NCBI RefSeq assembly: GCF_000400465.1
Contig: NW_008806301.1
Coordinates: 1 to 32,000, forward strand
From: Wallemia ichthyophaga EXF-994
Taxonomy: Eukaryota > Fungi > Basidiomycota
Length of the DNA stretch: 32,000 bases
Direction: 5' to 3'
Made by a program: the position numbers and the translations under genes. The notes under the pieces were generated by a model that was not told the origin of the DNA, searched no databases, and saw only the letters and a program-made list of their open reading frames with translations. This document shows positions 1 through 9,354 of the stretch, piece after piece (within the stretch, counting starts at the first letter, position 1; each line of letters opens with the position of its first letter).

Positions 1-2
1 TG

Positions 3-158
3 ATCGAACTTCCTACATCTAAAAATCCTGTGCAATATGAGTACTTAGCAAGATTAAAACAAAACTTTGAAAATACTTATCAAGGTTTTGTTTATGTAAC
101 TTACTTGACATGGTCACCAGCAGAAAAGGCTCTATATAATGTTTTGGTGGCTACTTAA
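3..158 (+). CDS. Possible 3' end of a gene entering from the left edge (unidentified)
   Basis: Open frame from base 3 (IELPTSKNPVQYEYLARLKQNFENTYQGFVYVTYLTWSPAEKALYNVLVAT) to TAA at 156-158, followed by an AT-rich tract. No motif recognised; could be chance. Confidence 0.25.
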   Translation: MELPTSKNPVQYEYLARLKQNFENTYQGFVYVTYLTWSPAEKALYNVLVAT

Positions 159-238
159 TTCTTTGCTCCGACCAAATGAAAATTTATTTATTCCAACTGT
201 TGTATATTATATAATTAGCAATGGATACTTTTTCAACA

Positions 239-311
239 GCCTCGCTAGCTCAATCGGTAGAGCGTGTGACTCTTAATCACAAGGCTGCGGGTTCGAGCCC
301 CGCGTGGGGCT
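239..311 (+). tRNA. tRNA-Lys, anticodon CTT, intronless, 73 nt
   Basis: Full cloverleaf: acceptor GCCTCGC/GTGGGGC, D arm GCTC-AATCGGTA-GAGC, anticodon arm TGTGA-CTCTTAA-TCACA, T arm GCGGG-TTCGAGC-CCCGC, discriminator T as in yeast tRNA-Lys(CUU). Confidence 0.97.
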
Positions 312-314
312 AGC

Positions 315-319
315 TTTTT
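315..319 (+). terminator. RNA polymerase III terminator (T5) of the tRNA gene
   Basis: TTTTT begins 4 nt after the tRNA 3' end. Confidence 0.6.
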
Positions 320-486
320 ATCTAGCAATCAGCAAAAATGCTGAAATTCTCATTCAATGCTATTCACACGTTGCAATTGCATCTCAAAAATTTTTTACAA
401 TACGATATCGGCAAATTTCAATACATTTTTCGTACAATAAATATGAAGCGAGTAGTTGTGGAAAGCTGCAACAGAATAAACTATAA

Positions 487-2319
487 TTAATACTGCAACT
501 CGACATCATCACCCCCAGCAACAGTATCCAGATCTTCATACGTATTACTGCTTCCACCAGCTCTAGGATCGACCTTGGCGCCTGGTGGGGGAGGAATGCG
601 TCTAGGGTTAACACTAGCAGGATTCGCACTAGCGCTTGGCGCCTCTCTGTAAGAAGGTGGGAGGGTATGTTGAGGAACATTTCTCGCCCATGACGGTATA
701 CCAACGCTTTTGAACCTCTTCACACCACCTTCGTCGTTATACTCATGTGGTCGCTTGTGTTTGAATACGGCATGACCCATTCCACGCTCATAATCCCTGT
801 CATAATCATATCGCTCGTTGTTGTAGCGATCGTACGCACCCGGTTCGTAATACTCCCTCCTGTTAGCTTTCTCTCGCTCTGTGCGCTCTCGCTCTTTCTC
901 TGCTTCGCGCTGCCTGGCAATGGCAGCTCCAGGAAAACGTCTATTCACACAAGCAGGTAGATCAGCTAGTGGATTTACGCGATTTGGATCGCGTATGTAA
1001 TTGTTGAATGCTACTATATCATCTAGTTTATCTACGTCAATCATTTCGCTGTGTTTGTTGAGTATGTGTTTCTCTATAAATTCAGTAGCTCTAAATAACT
1101 TGGTGCATTCTAGACACCTAAACTTATTTTCATCCTCTTTCTTTATCAACTTCGACACTACAGCCGTTACTTGCTCATCATAGTCAAAACCACCACATGC
1201 CAAGTAATCGAAATTTGGCTCTATCAAGGACGATATCTTCTCGTCTAGGTGTCTCATCCAATTATCAGACTTATGAGAATCGTAGGCGTCTTCGTGGTTG
1301 TCCGGTGGGTTTGCAGTGTTACGGTAATAAATGCACGACTTCCTTACTAGCTCTTCCTTGAAATCATGGATAGAAGCAGAGTAATAGCAAGTGTTGAAAG
1401 CGTTGCGCAGGTATAGTATGTACAAGTCGAGCTCTTTCTTGAGTCTAGTGGTGTGATCGGAGATGTTGAGCTTTGTGATAGCGTTGGAGATATGCTGGGA
1501 TATGTTGATAGAAAGATCATTGTTTGATATTGTATTGTAAGTGGATTCGAGGTGTGTACATAGTTTCTTAATGTTACCAAGATCCTGTCTCAATCTGTCT
1601 GGAGTGTTGCTGATTGGAGGTGCGACCTTTGCTTTAGTTGTGATTGGAGTGTCACATTTGTTAATATAAAGAGTGAAAGTGTCAATTTTAGGATGACTGA
1701 GTTGGTTTTTCAGGTAATAGTCCAAATCAATACCCTGTTTATAACTAACCCAGCCTGTCCTATGATATCTTTTTACGGCTTGTGGATCAGATAGAGCCAG
1801 ATAATCAAATCCATCGAGCTGAGAAAAGTAAGATTCCAACTTAGATCGACCAATAGCAGGAGGGATGCTCTTTATGAATAACTGAGGGTGATTAGGAGGT
1901 TGGATAGTATAAGGTGTCGTCTGAGTTGATTCGTTCGAGTCTTTTGGAGGTTTATCGAATGAGACACTGTCAAAAGCACCCGAATTGAGATCCTCGATGA
2001 AATCTCTGGGTTTAGAATTCCAACCGCGTAACTTTAAATGATTACGATGATCTTCCTTTGAAGGGTAGTACTTCTCTACAAACCAAGGCTGATGCTTCTG
2101 TTGTAAGAAAAGCGTGTAGCACTGTCTAGAATGAAATAATTTTCTATATTCAAGGTATTTATTGTATAGCTCGTCCTTGTCCTCGTTTGGATTGAATTTT
2201 CCAGATAATTTCAACCAAAAGATGAAATCTTTAAAACCAATTAAATATTCCAAGTCATTCGGGTTTACTGGTATTGATTGACTGCTATTCGACGTATTTG
2301 GATTCGTTGGATGGCTCAT
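487..2319 (-). CDS. SRRT: ARS2/Serrate RNA effector (SRRT, S. pombe Pir2-like); main exon, N-terminus possibly extends upstream
   Basis: 610-aa ORF with DUF3546-like segment (F..H..QPWFVEKYYP), RRM-like region (QLFIKSIPPAIGRSKLE...YLALSDP...RTGW), YLRNAFNTCYY, C2H2 zinc finger (KFRCLECTKLFRATEFIEKHILNKH) and ARS2-type C-terminus (YEDLD..GGDDVELQY). Confidence 0.9.
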   Translation of the reverse strand: MSHPTNPNTSNSSQSIPVNPNDLEYLIGFKDFIFWLKLSGKFNPNEDKDELYNKYLEYRKLFHSRQCYTLFLQQKHQPWFVEKYYPSKEDHRNHLKLRGWNSKPRDFIEDLNSGAFDSVSFDKPPKDSNESTQTTPYTIQPPNHPQLFIKSIPPAIGRSKLESYFSQLDGFDYLALSDPQAVKRYHRTGWVSYKQGIDLDYYLKNQLSHPKIDTFTLYINKCDTPITTKAKVAPPISNTPDRLRQDLGNIKKLCTHLESTYNTISNNDLSINISQHISNAITKLNISDHTTRLKKELDLYILYLRNAFNTCYYSASIHDFKEELVRKSCIYYRNTANPPDNHEDAYDSHKSDNWMRHLDEKISSLIEPNFDYLACGGFDYDEQVTAVVSKLIKKEDENKFRCLECTKLFRATEFIEKHILNKHSEMIDVDKLDDIVAFNNYIRDPNRVNPLADLPACVNRRFPGAAIARQREAEKERERTEREKANRREYYEPGAYDRYNNERYDYDRDYERGMGHAVFKHKRPHEYNDEGGVKRFKSVGIPSWARNVPQHTLPPSYREAPSASANPASVNPRRIPPPPGAKVDPRAGGSSNTYEDLDTVAGGDDVELQY

Positions 2320-2394
2320 CAGTTGCTTGGTGGTTGAGAACAGGGTTTATTCACCCAATTGATCGATTAAAAATTACAAATTTCATGGAATTAC

Positions 2395-2605
2395 AGCTTC
2401 TTTTGTCGTTGGATCTATTTCTGGTACAATTGACGACTACATCCGTGTGAGCTGTATAAAGCCATAACACCACACCAACCTTTCGTATCTGCTCTTTATC
2501 TTCCTCCTTTTCTTTCTCATCTTTACTTGACCTATCAGACTTCTTATCCCTCCGCTGCTTTTCCCCTTCCTCTTTCTTCTTTCCGAGCCTATCAATTAGC
2601 CTCAT
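2395..2605 (-). CDS. Candidate upstream exons (K/E-rich) of SRRT, or a separate small gene
   Basis: ATG 2605, K/E/D-rich exon to 2480, intron 2479-2437 (GTTGGT...GCTCAC...TAG, 43 nt), then exon 2436-2395 (SSIVPEIDPTTKEA). It either splices (GTAATT 2394 to AAG 2326) in frame into QLMSHPT of SRRT or reads on to TGA after VIP. Confidence 0.4.
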
Positions 2606-2973
2606 TGGTGGAGTTGTTGGTTGAAGTTAGAGAGGCTCATCAGTGAGGCTTTCTCCAGTTGACTCGATTCAAATTATGTTTTCCATATTAGCTACTGGCT
2701 GGTGCGTCTTCAATCTCAGTGGCTAGCCTTGAGCTGTTTCATGCAATTTATATCTTGAACCCTGAAGACGAACAAGTAACACAAATAAAATTGGTTGTGT
2801 CCCTTTTATAAGCCCACACTTTATCGGAAAATTTTGACTTTGAAGTGTCATTTGGTGTTGAGAATTTTCAAGGCACAATGTAGAATAGAAACATTGTCAA
2901 TTATACCATGTTTTCGCCTATAAACCCAATATATATTTAAATACGCATTATCTACAAGAATCACTTATATAAT

Positions 2974-4569
2974 CTAGTCAAATGTCATTTTCTTTCCTTG
3001 TGGCTGGGCAATAGCACCTGATCTGTTGGCATTGAATCCACCTCTGCCACCACCTCTTGGTGCACCACCTCTGCCACCTCTTCCACCTCTACCGCCGCCT
3101 CTTGGACCACCGCCTCTAGGTGGACCTGCACTTCTGTCCTTTGGTGTGCTGAAATCTAATCTCAAAACCCTTCCATCCAACTCACTTCCCGCTGCACCAT
3201 CGATTGCTGCCTTGGCAGTGTCAACATCAGCGAAACTGACATAACCGAAACCTTTTGGTGCTCCAGTTTCCCTATCAGTTGGTACACGTACGCTCTCAAT
3301 CGCTCCAAACTCCCCAAAGAATTCCCAAACGCTGTCCTCATTCGTGTTGAATGATAAGTTTCCAACGAACAAAGTGTTGGATGGATCACTACGTTGATCT
3401 CCGAATGACTTAGCCCTCTTTTCTGGATTTGGTGCGCGTGGAACGCTCAAATCTACTCTAATTGGTCTACCATCAATTTCTTTACCAGCAAATTGTTCCA
3501 TAGCTTTGAGTGCAATGTCATGTGACTCAAATTCGACATAACCAAACCCTCTAGAGCGACCATTTTGTCTGTCTAATTGAACGCGCGCGCTCTTTACTGT
3601 ACCCAATTGCTCAAACTCGCTCTTCAACCACTCATCATCAATGTTCCAAGACAATTGACCGACAAAGATTTGTGGAGTGTTGTCTACGGTGATGGTCTCT
3701 GGGACTTCCATGTCTTCCGCCTTACGCTTCTTTGAAGGTGCCTCGGTTGCTTCAGGTGCAGGTGCAGGTTCAGCCTTCTCTTCCTCATCCGAAGAGGAGT
3801 CTGAAGAAGAGCTACTGTCATCCTTCTTAGCTGGGGCAGGCTTCTCAGTAACCTTGGCATCTTTGTCATCGTCAGAAGAATCACTGTCGCTAGAATCGCT
3901 AGAGTCGTCCTTAGCAGCCTTCTTTGGAGGAGCCTTAGCATCAGCCATCTTCTCGTCCTCGTCTGAGCTGTCTGAAGACTCTGAGCTAGATGAATCGTCC
4001 TTTTTAGATGGTTCAGCAGGTGCAGATTTTTGAGCAGGTTCGTCGTCGGATGAGGAAGAGTCAGAAGAGTCACTGCTTTCGTCTTTCTTAGCTGGTGCTG
4101 GTGCAGGCTTCTTAGCCTCTTTCTTAGAATCCTTCTTAGAGTCATTTTTTACTGGCTTCTCGTCTTCAGAATCACTGCTATCATCGCTATCATCGCTAGA
4201 GGATGACTTCTTAGCGGCTTTTGAGGATTTCTTAGGAGGAGAGGCCTTCTTAGACTTCTTCTTATCATCCTGAGTGGTAAAAGTAAGATAAAGGAAGAAG
4301 TGTAAAATTTGTAACACACATCGCTATCGCTTGAATCTGAAGAGGAAGAAGAATCAGAAGAGGAAACAGGCTTTGGAGGAGGAGTAGGTTCCTTCTTTGA
4401 GGCAGATTTGGACTTATTCACGTGTTAATAGGGATAGTGAGCAAATTTAACAAACTAACTTTCTTCTCTTTCTTTTCCTTCTTTGGTGGTGCAGTGGATG
4501 TTTGCTGGTGTTTGTTAGCTTGTATCAGGCATAAACACATTTACCCACTTTAACCTCTTTTTTGCCCAT
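2974..4569 (-). CDS. NSR1: Nucleolin-like nucleolar protein (Nsr1/Gar2), 4 exons
   Basis: ATG 4569 (MGKKEVK), three introns including 4459-4413 and 4319-4270. Alternating K/A/P and S/D acidic blocks, two RRMs (RGFGYVEF, KGFGYVSF), RGG box, C-terminal GKKMTFD. Confidence 0.92.
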
Positions 4570-4661
4570 TTCTATTTCGATGTTGCGAGTACGCTTGAGA
4601 AGAGAGATAGCGTGATAATCTTCTCAGATCTCAACGTCCACATTGAAATTTTTAAATTAAA
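4570..4661. promoter_or_regulatory. Bidirectional promoter between NSR1 and XRN2
   Basis: Only 92 bp separate the two divergent ATGs (4569 minus, 4662 plus). Contains TGAAATTTTT (4644-4653), close to the yeast RRPE element. Confidence 0.6.
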
Positions 4662-7600
4662 ATGGTAATTTGGCTGTTTTTATTAGAGATCTGTTTCCTC
4701 ACGCCTGTCTACAGGGTGTTCCCGCACTCTTCCGTTGGTTATCTAAAGTGGGTTATCTCCGTCGATACACTGAGCCATGCTGACGAATTTATCCCCAGAA
4801 ATATCCAAGAATCGTTTATAAAGTTGAAGAGCAGCATCCAAAGCCAATCGAATCTTCCCGCGATGAGAATGGCAACGTCACAGAGTATACTCCAGTTGAC
4901 ATTACACAACCAAATCCCAATAATCAGGAATTTGACTGTCTTTACTTGGATATGAACGGTATCGTACATCCATGCTCACATCCTGAAAACAAGCCTGCTC
5001 CTGAAACTGAGGAGGAAATGATGCGCGAAGTTTTCATTTATACCGAAAGAGTCGTTAATATGATTCGTCCGCGTAAATTACTCATGATGGCTATCGATGG
5101 TGTTGCTCCTAGAGCCAAGATGAATCAACAGCGTGGTCGTCGCTTTAGATCCGCCCAGGAAGCCAAAGAGAAGGAGGATTCTCGTCAGCAGCATTACAGA
5201 GAAATGGAAGGTCAGTCGGTTTGTCTTTGACTTTCTATATCCGCCTTTAACTCCCTCCCCAGCTCAAGGTCACACTTACACTGACGAACAAAAGGATAAG
5301 CGTGCATGGGACAGTAACGCCATTACTCCTGGCACCCCCTTCATGGACCTCCTCGCTCAAGCTTTAAGGTACTGGGTCGCTCGTAAAATGAATCAAGACG
5401 ATGGCTGGAAAAACCTTCAAGTTATAATCTCAGATGCTAGCGTTCCCGGTGAAGGTGAACACAAGATTATGGATTTCATTCGTCGTCAGCGTTCACAGCC
5501 GTCTCACAACCCAAACACGGAGCATGTCATATACGGTCTCGACGCTGATCTAATCATGCTTGCTCTTGCTACCCACGAGCCAAATTTCAGAGTTTTACGT
5601 GAGGACGTCTTCGCTCAGTCTGATAAACAGCGCAAACAGAATAAAGGTGGTAGAGGTCCACCGCAACAACCCAATTCTGATCAGCCAGCCGAACCAAACC
5701 CTTTCATTTTCTTAGACGTCACTACTCTCAGAGAATACCTCTACTTTGAACTTAAACTGCCTAATATGCCATTTGGGTATGATTTAGAACGCGCCATTGA
5801 TGACTGGGTGTTTATGATATTCTTTGTCGGTAACGATTTTCTTCCCCATCTACCTTCGTTAGAGATTAGGGAGGGAGCTATTGATACTTTACTCGCTATT
5901 TGGAAACGTTGCTTGCCATTGATGGGAGGCTACCTCACCAAGCATGGTGATGTCAACCTCAAGCGCGCGCAAATGATCATGGATGGGCTGTCCAGCAGTG
6001 AGGATGAGATATTCAGACGTAGGAAGGAAACCGAAGACCGCCAGGATAGGAATGCCAAGAGGAGGAAGATGGAGCAACAGAAGAGAGATGTTGAACTGAG
6101 CAACAGAGGCTCTCAAAGCACGCGCGCACCGCTCCCAAGCGACAGAAACATGGACGCTTCTACGGACAGCTCGTCCATTGGAGGCGTCGAATACAAAAGC
6201 GTCGACATTAAATCAAACAACGACCTAATTGCGAATAGACACAAAATGCGCATGGCAAACATGAATGCGGCTGACATGTTGAAAGCTCAGATGAGTGGTG
6301 GGTTTGAGATGAAGAGTGATGGACAGGTGAAACAAGAGAACCAGAGGCTCAATGAGACAGAAGAGGACAATAAACGCAAACATCCTGAAGAAGACGTACC
6401 AGAAGACGAGCAGATTCCAGGTGTGAAAGTAACGAAAGCCGAACCAGAAGACGAAGAGCAGGGTGAAGAGAGCAGCACACAGCCATCCAAGCCGAAAGTC
6501 AACCCCGATGGCACCGTCGACCAGGAGGATACAGTTAAGTTGTGGGAGCCAGGCTATAGAGAGCGCTATTACCGACAAAAATTCAATATTGATTTATCGG
6601 ATGTCGAACAGCGCAGGACGTGAGTCTGACATGAACACACCCAACTAGCCCAGCTAATTTACCGCAGTATCGTTCATAAGTATCTGGAGGGTCTTTGCTG
6701 GGTACTCAAGTACTACTACCAAGGCTGTCCATCATGGAAATGGTATTACCCGTACCACTACGCCCCGTTTGCAGCTGATTTTGAAAATATTGAATCACTG
6801 CCAATTAAATTTGAACTGGGTAAACCATTCCGCCCGTTTGAGCAGCTGATGGGAGTTTTCCCTGCAGCGTCCGGAGTGCATATACCGCGCCCATTCCGTG
6901 AATATATGACAAGTCATGACTCACCCATACTTGATTTCTATCCAGAAGATTTCAACATCGACATGAATGGAAAGAAGATGGTGTGGCAGGCTGTGCCATT
7001 GCTGCCGTTTATAGACGAGGAACGACTAACTTCTGCGCTCAAGACACGCTACGACGACTTGAGCGATGATGAGAAGAGGCGGAATGAGCGGGGATGTGAG
7101 ACCCTGATGATTAGCGAAGAGCATCCGCTTTACGACCAAATATGCAAGCTTTATACGAAGCGAAAGGGCAATTCACGTATTGAGTTGGATCTAGCCAAGG
7201 CTGACAGTTTGGCTGGTTACGCTGAGGCAGATGCGGACGTTATACCTGGATCTACATTCTACTCGCCGCTGAGCACACTCGAGGACCAGCCGGATGTAGT
7301 TGATGACCGTTCTATTGCTGTTCGGTATGGCTTCCCGGAGCAGACACATCCACACAAGAGCACTATCCTCAAGTCATTCAAAGGTAAACCCAAACAACTT
7401 TCCAGCTACGACATCGAGAAGGCGAAGAACGGCGGCGACAACAACAACAATTACAGAGGTGGTGGACATAACCAGTTCAGAGGCAATAACTCGGCTGTGC
7501 CTTCTAGTAGGCCGCCACGCCCGCAGTTCGGGAGCGCTCGTCCACACAGACCGCCTCCAAGCTATATTCAAGGCAGACCGATGGGCGCGCGCCCTCCACC

Positions 7601-7772
7601 TGGCCAAGGAGTGTTTTCTCCATCATTGGCCAACGGCGCTAGGCCACGTCCTCCACCGCCGACGATGGGTATGGGTAGACCCCGTCCACCGCCACCTACT
7701 GGCGGATACAGGGGCAGCTATGGCGGCTACGCCGGCGCACAGAGACCTCCTCACGGTGGATACCGAGGATAA
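4662..7772 (+). CDS. XRN2: Nuclear 5'-3' exoribonuclease 2 (Rat1/Dhp1/XRN2), 5 exons
   Basis: Splicing of 4665-4714 and 4748-4798 gives [15 protein letters not shown]. Motifs [89 protein letters not shown] and [10 protein letters not shown]; P/G/R-rich tail. Two further introns near 5211-5260 and 6621-6666. Confidence 0.95.
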
Positions 7773-7859
7773 TAAGACAGTAATTGTATATTAAACCTTT
7801 GTACAAATAAAGCAGAGTATATGATCAATTAGAGTGTTTCTCTTTCTTTTTCTTTTTTC

Positions 7860-9130
7860 CTACATGACTATCTTTGGTTCAGTGATAGATGCAGAAATGG
7901 ATTTGTGGGGGAGGACAGAAGCGCCATTGATGTGAAGTTCATCTTTGACGACTACATCATCGCCGAGGACAGCGATATTTTCTATACGCACCCATCTACC
8001 AATAGTGCAATTCCAGCCGACGATAGTGGAGTGAATCCAGCTATGGTCTCTAATTCTGCTACCGTCCATAATGACACACCTTTGCAACCTTGCGCCCCTT
8101 CCCACCTTAACACCTGGTCCGATGACGACGTTAGGTCCAATAAGTGCACTACTATCTATTTCCGCCGACGGTGCAACAAGGACGTTCCCGCCATTAACCC
8201 AGCTATGTTGGGACGGCTGTGTGAGTTGGTTCGGCGAGTAATTGCTGAGGTGTGACAAATACAGACATGTCCCATGAATGTAATCTTTCGGTTGACCTAC
8301 ATCTGCCCAGAAAGACTGCAGATCGAAAGCGTGTAGCTCGCCATCACTTGCCATTGGCGGGAACACTTCCGTCTCGATTGACGTTGGTTGAAGATTTATA
8401 CGCGATAGCATTTTTGGATCGAATATGTATATACCCGCATTGATCCGGTTTCCGACAAACGTCTTGGGCTTTTCGACAAAACGCTCTATCTGGGAGGAGC
8501 CGGTGTGCATAACGACGACACCGTAGTTGGAGGGCTCGTCGACCTTTGTGACCTGGTGTGGGCGTGTTAGATGCACCACTTTTCGATACTCGCTAATCAT
8601 CCCCCCCTTACCATTATCGTCCCGGCACTGCTGTGCGAGTTGTGGAAATCTCGCAGCTGTTCAAAGGGATAGTTGCACGTAACGTCGCTGTTGAGAACAA
8701 AGAACGGGGAGTCGTCTTTTCCTAGTATATTCTCGGCTAATTTCAATGGACCTGCTGTGCCTAATGGCTCAGATTCAATGGAGAAATGAATCGTTATCTT
8801 ATACCGCTCCTCGCACTCTTTCAACACCTTCTCCATTATCTCAGGACGGTAGTTTACCGCGAGAACTATGTCTGTCACGCCGGCCTGCACTAGCGCTTCT
8901 ATCTGATGGACTATCATCGGTTTGTTGCAGAATGGTACGAGTGGCTTGGGCAACGTGAGCGTTAGTGGTCTCAGCCGCGTACCGAATCCTGAATGTGCGT
9001 TGCGTAAGCTTGACTATTTGCACTGTTTACGCTGTTGCTCTGCTATCACTAACCTCCGACTAAAATCAGCCTATGTACTTGTTAGTTTGTTCCCTTCTCT
9101 TGTACACCCTACTCACGCTTTCAGTCCCAT
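7860..9130 (-). CDS. PSA1: Mannose-1-phosphate guanylyltransferase (GDP-mannose pyrophosphorylase), 4 exons
   Basis: Spliced N-terminus [28 protein letters not shown], plus [39 protein letters not shown] and a C-terminal hexapeptide beta-helix ending PKIVM. Confidence 0.95.
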
Positions 9131-9354
9131 GTTTTTTTCGTGTTGTGACGTGTTCTAATCAAAGAAGCCAGCGCGCGGTGTGCACAGGCGAGAGGTCAGA
9201 TCAGGCACGCACATGAGCCATAAGCGGCAAAGCAGTCAAAGATTTAAGCAACAAAGCAAAGCAAAGCGTTAAAGTAATAATTTACATTTGATTGAACATT
9301 GTGCCAAAAATGAAAACATGGAAGTCGTAGACAGAAGGTTGAATAACACCCAAC

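Noticed and set aside
304-960. Short ORFs 304-486, 384-704, 720-920 and 745-960
   Set aside because: They overlap the tRNA or lie antisense/out of frame to SRRT, with no motifs; shadow ORFs.
2575-2650. CTGATGAG followed later by GGAAA on the minus strand, resembling a hammerhead ribozyme core
   Set aside because: The stem II 3' strand (GAGGC or AGGC) is not directly followed by GAAA, and I could not form stems I and III.
3677-4260. Repetitive S/D and K/A/P blocks and long overlapping ORFs on both strands in NSR1
   Set aside because: Normal nucleolin low-complexity N-terminus; repetitive codons create stop-poor alternative frames. Not a mobile element or CRISPR array.
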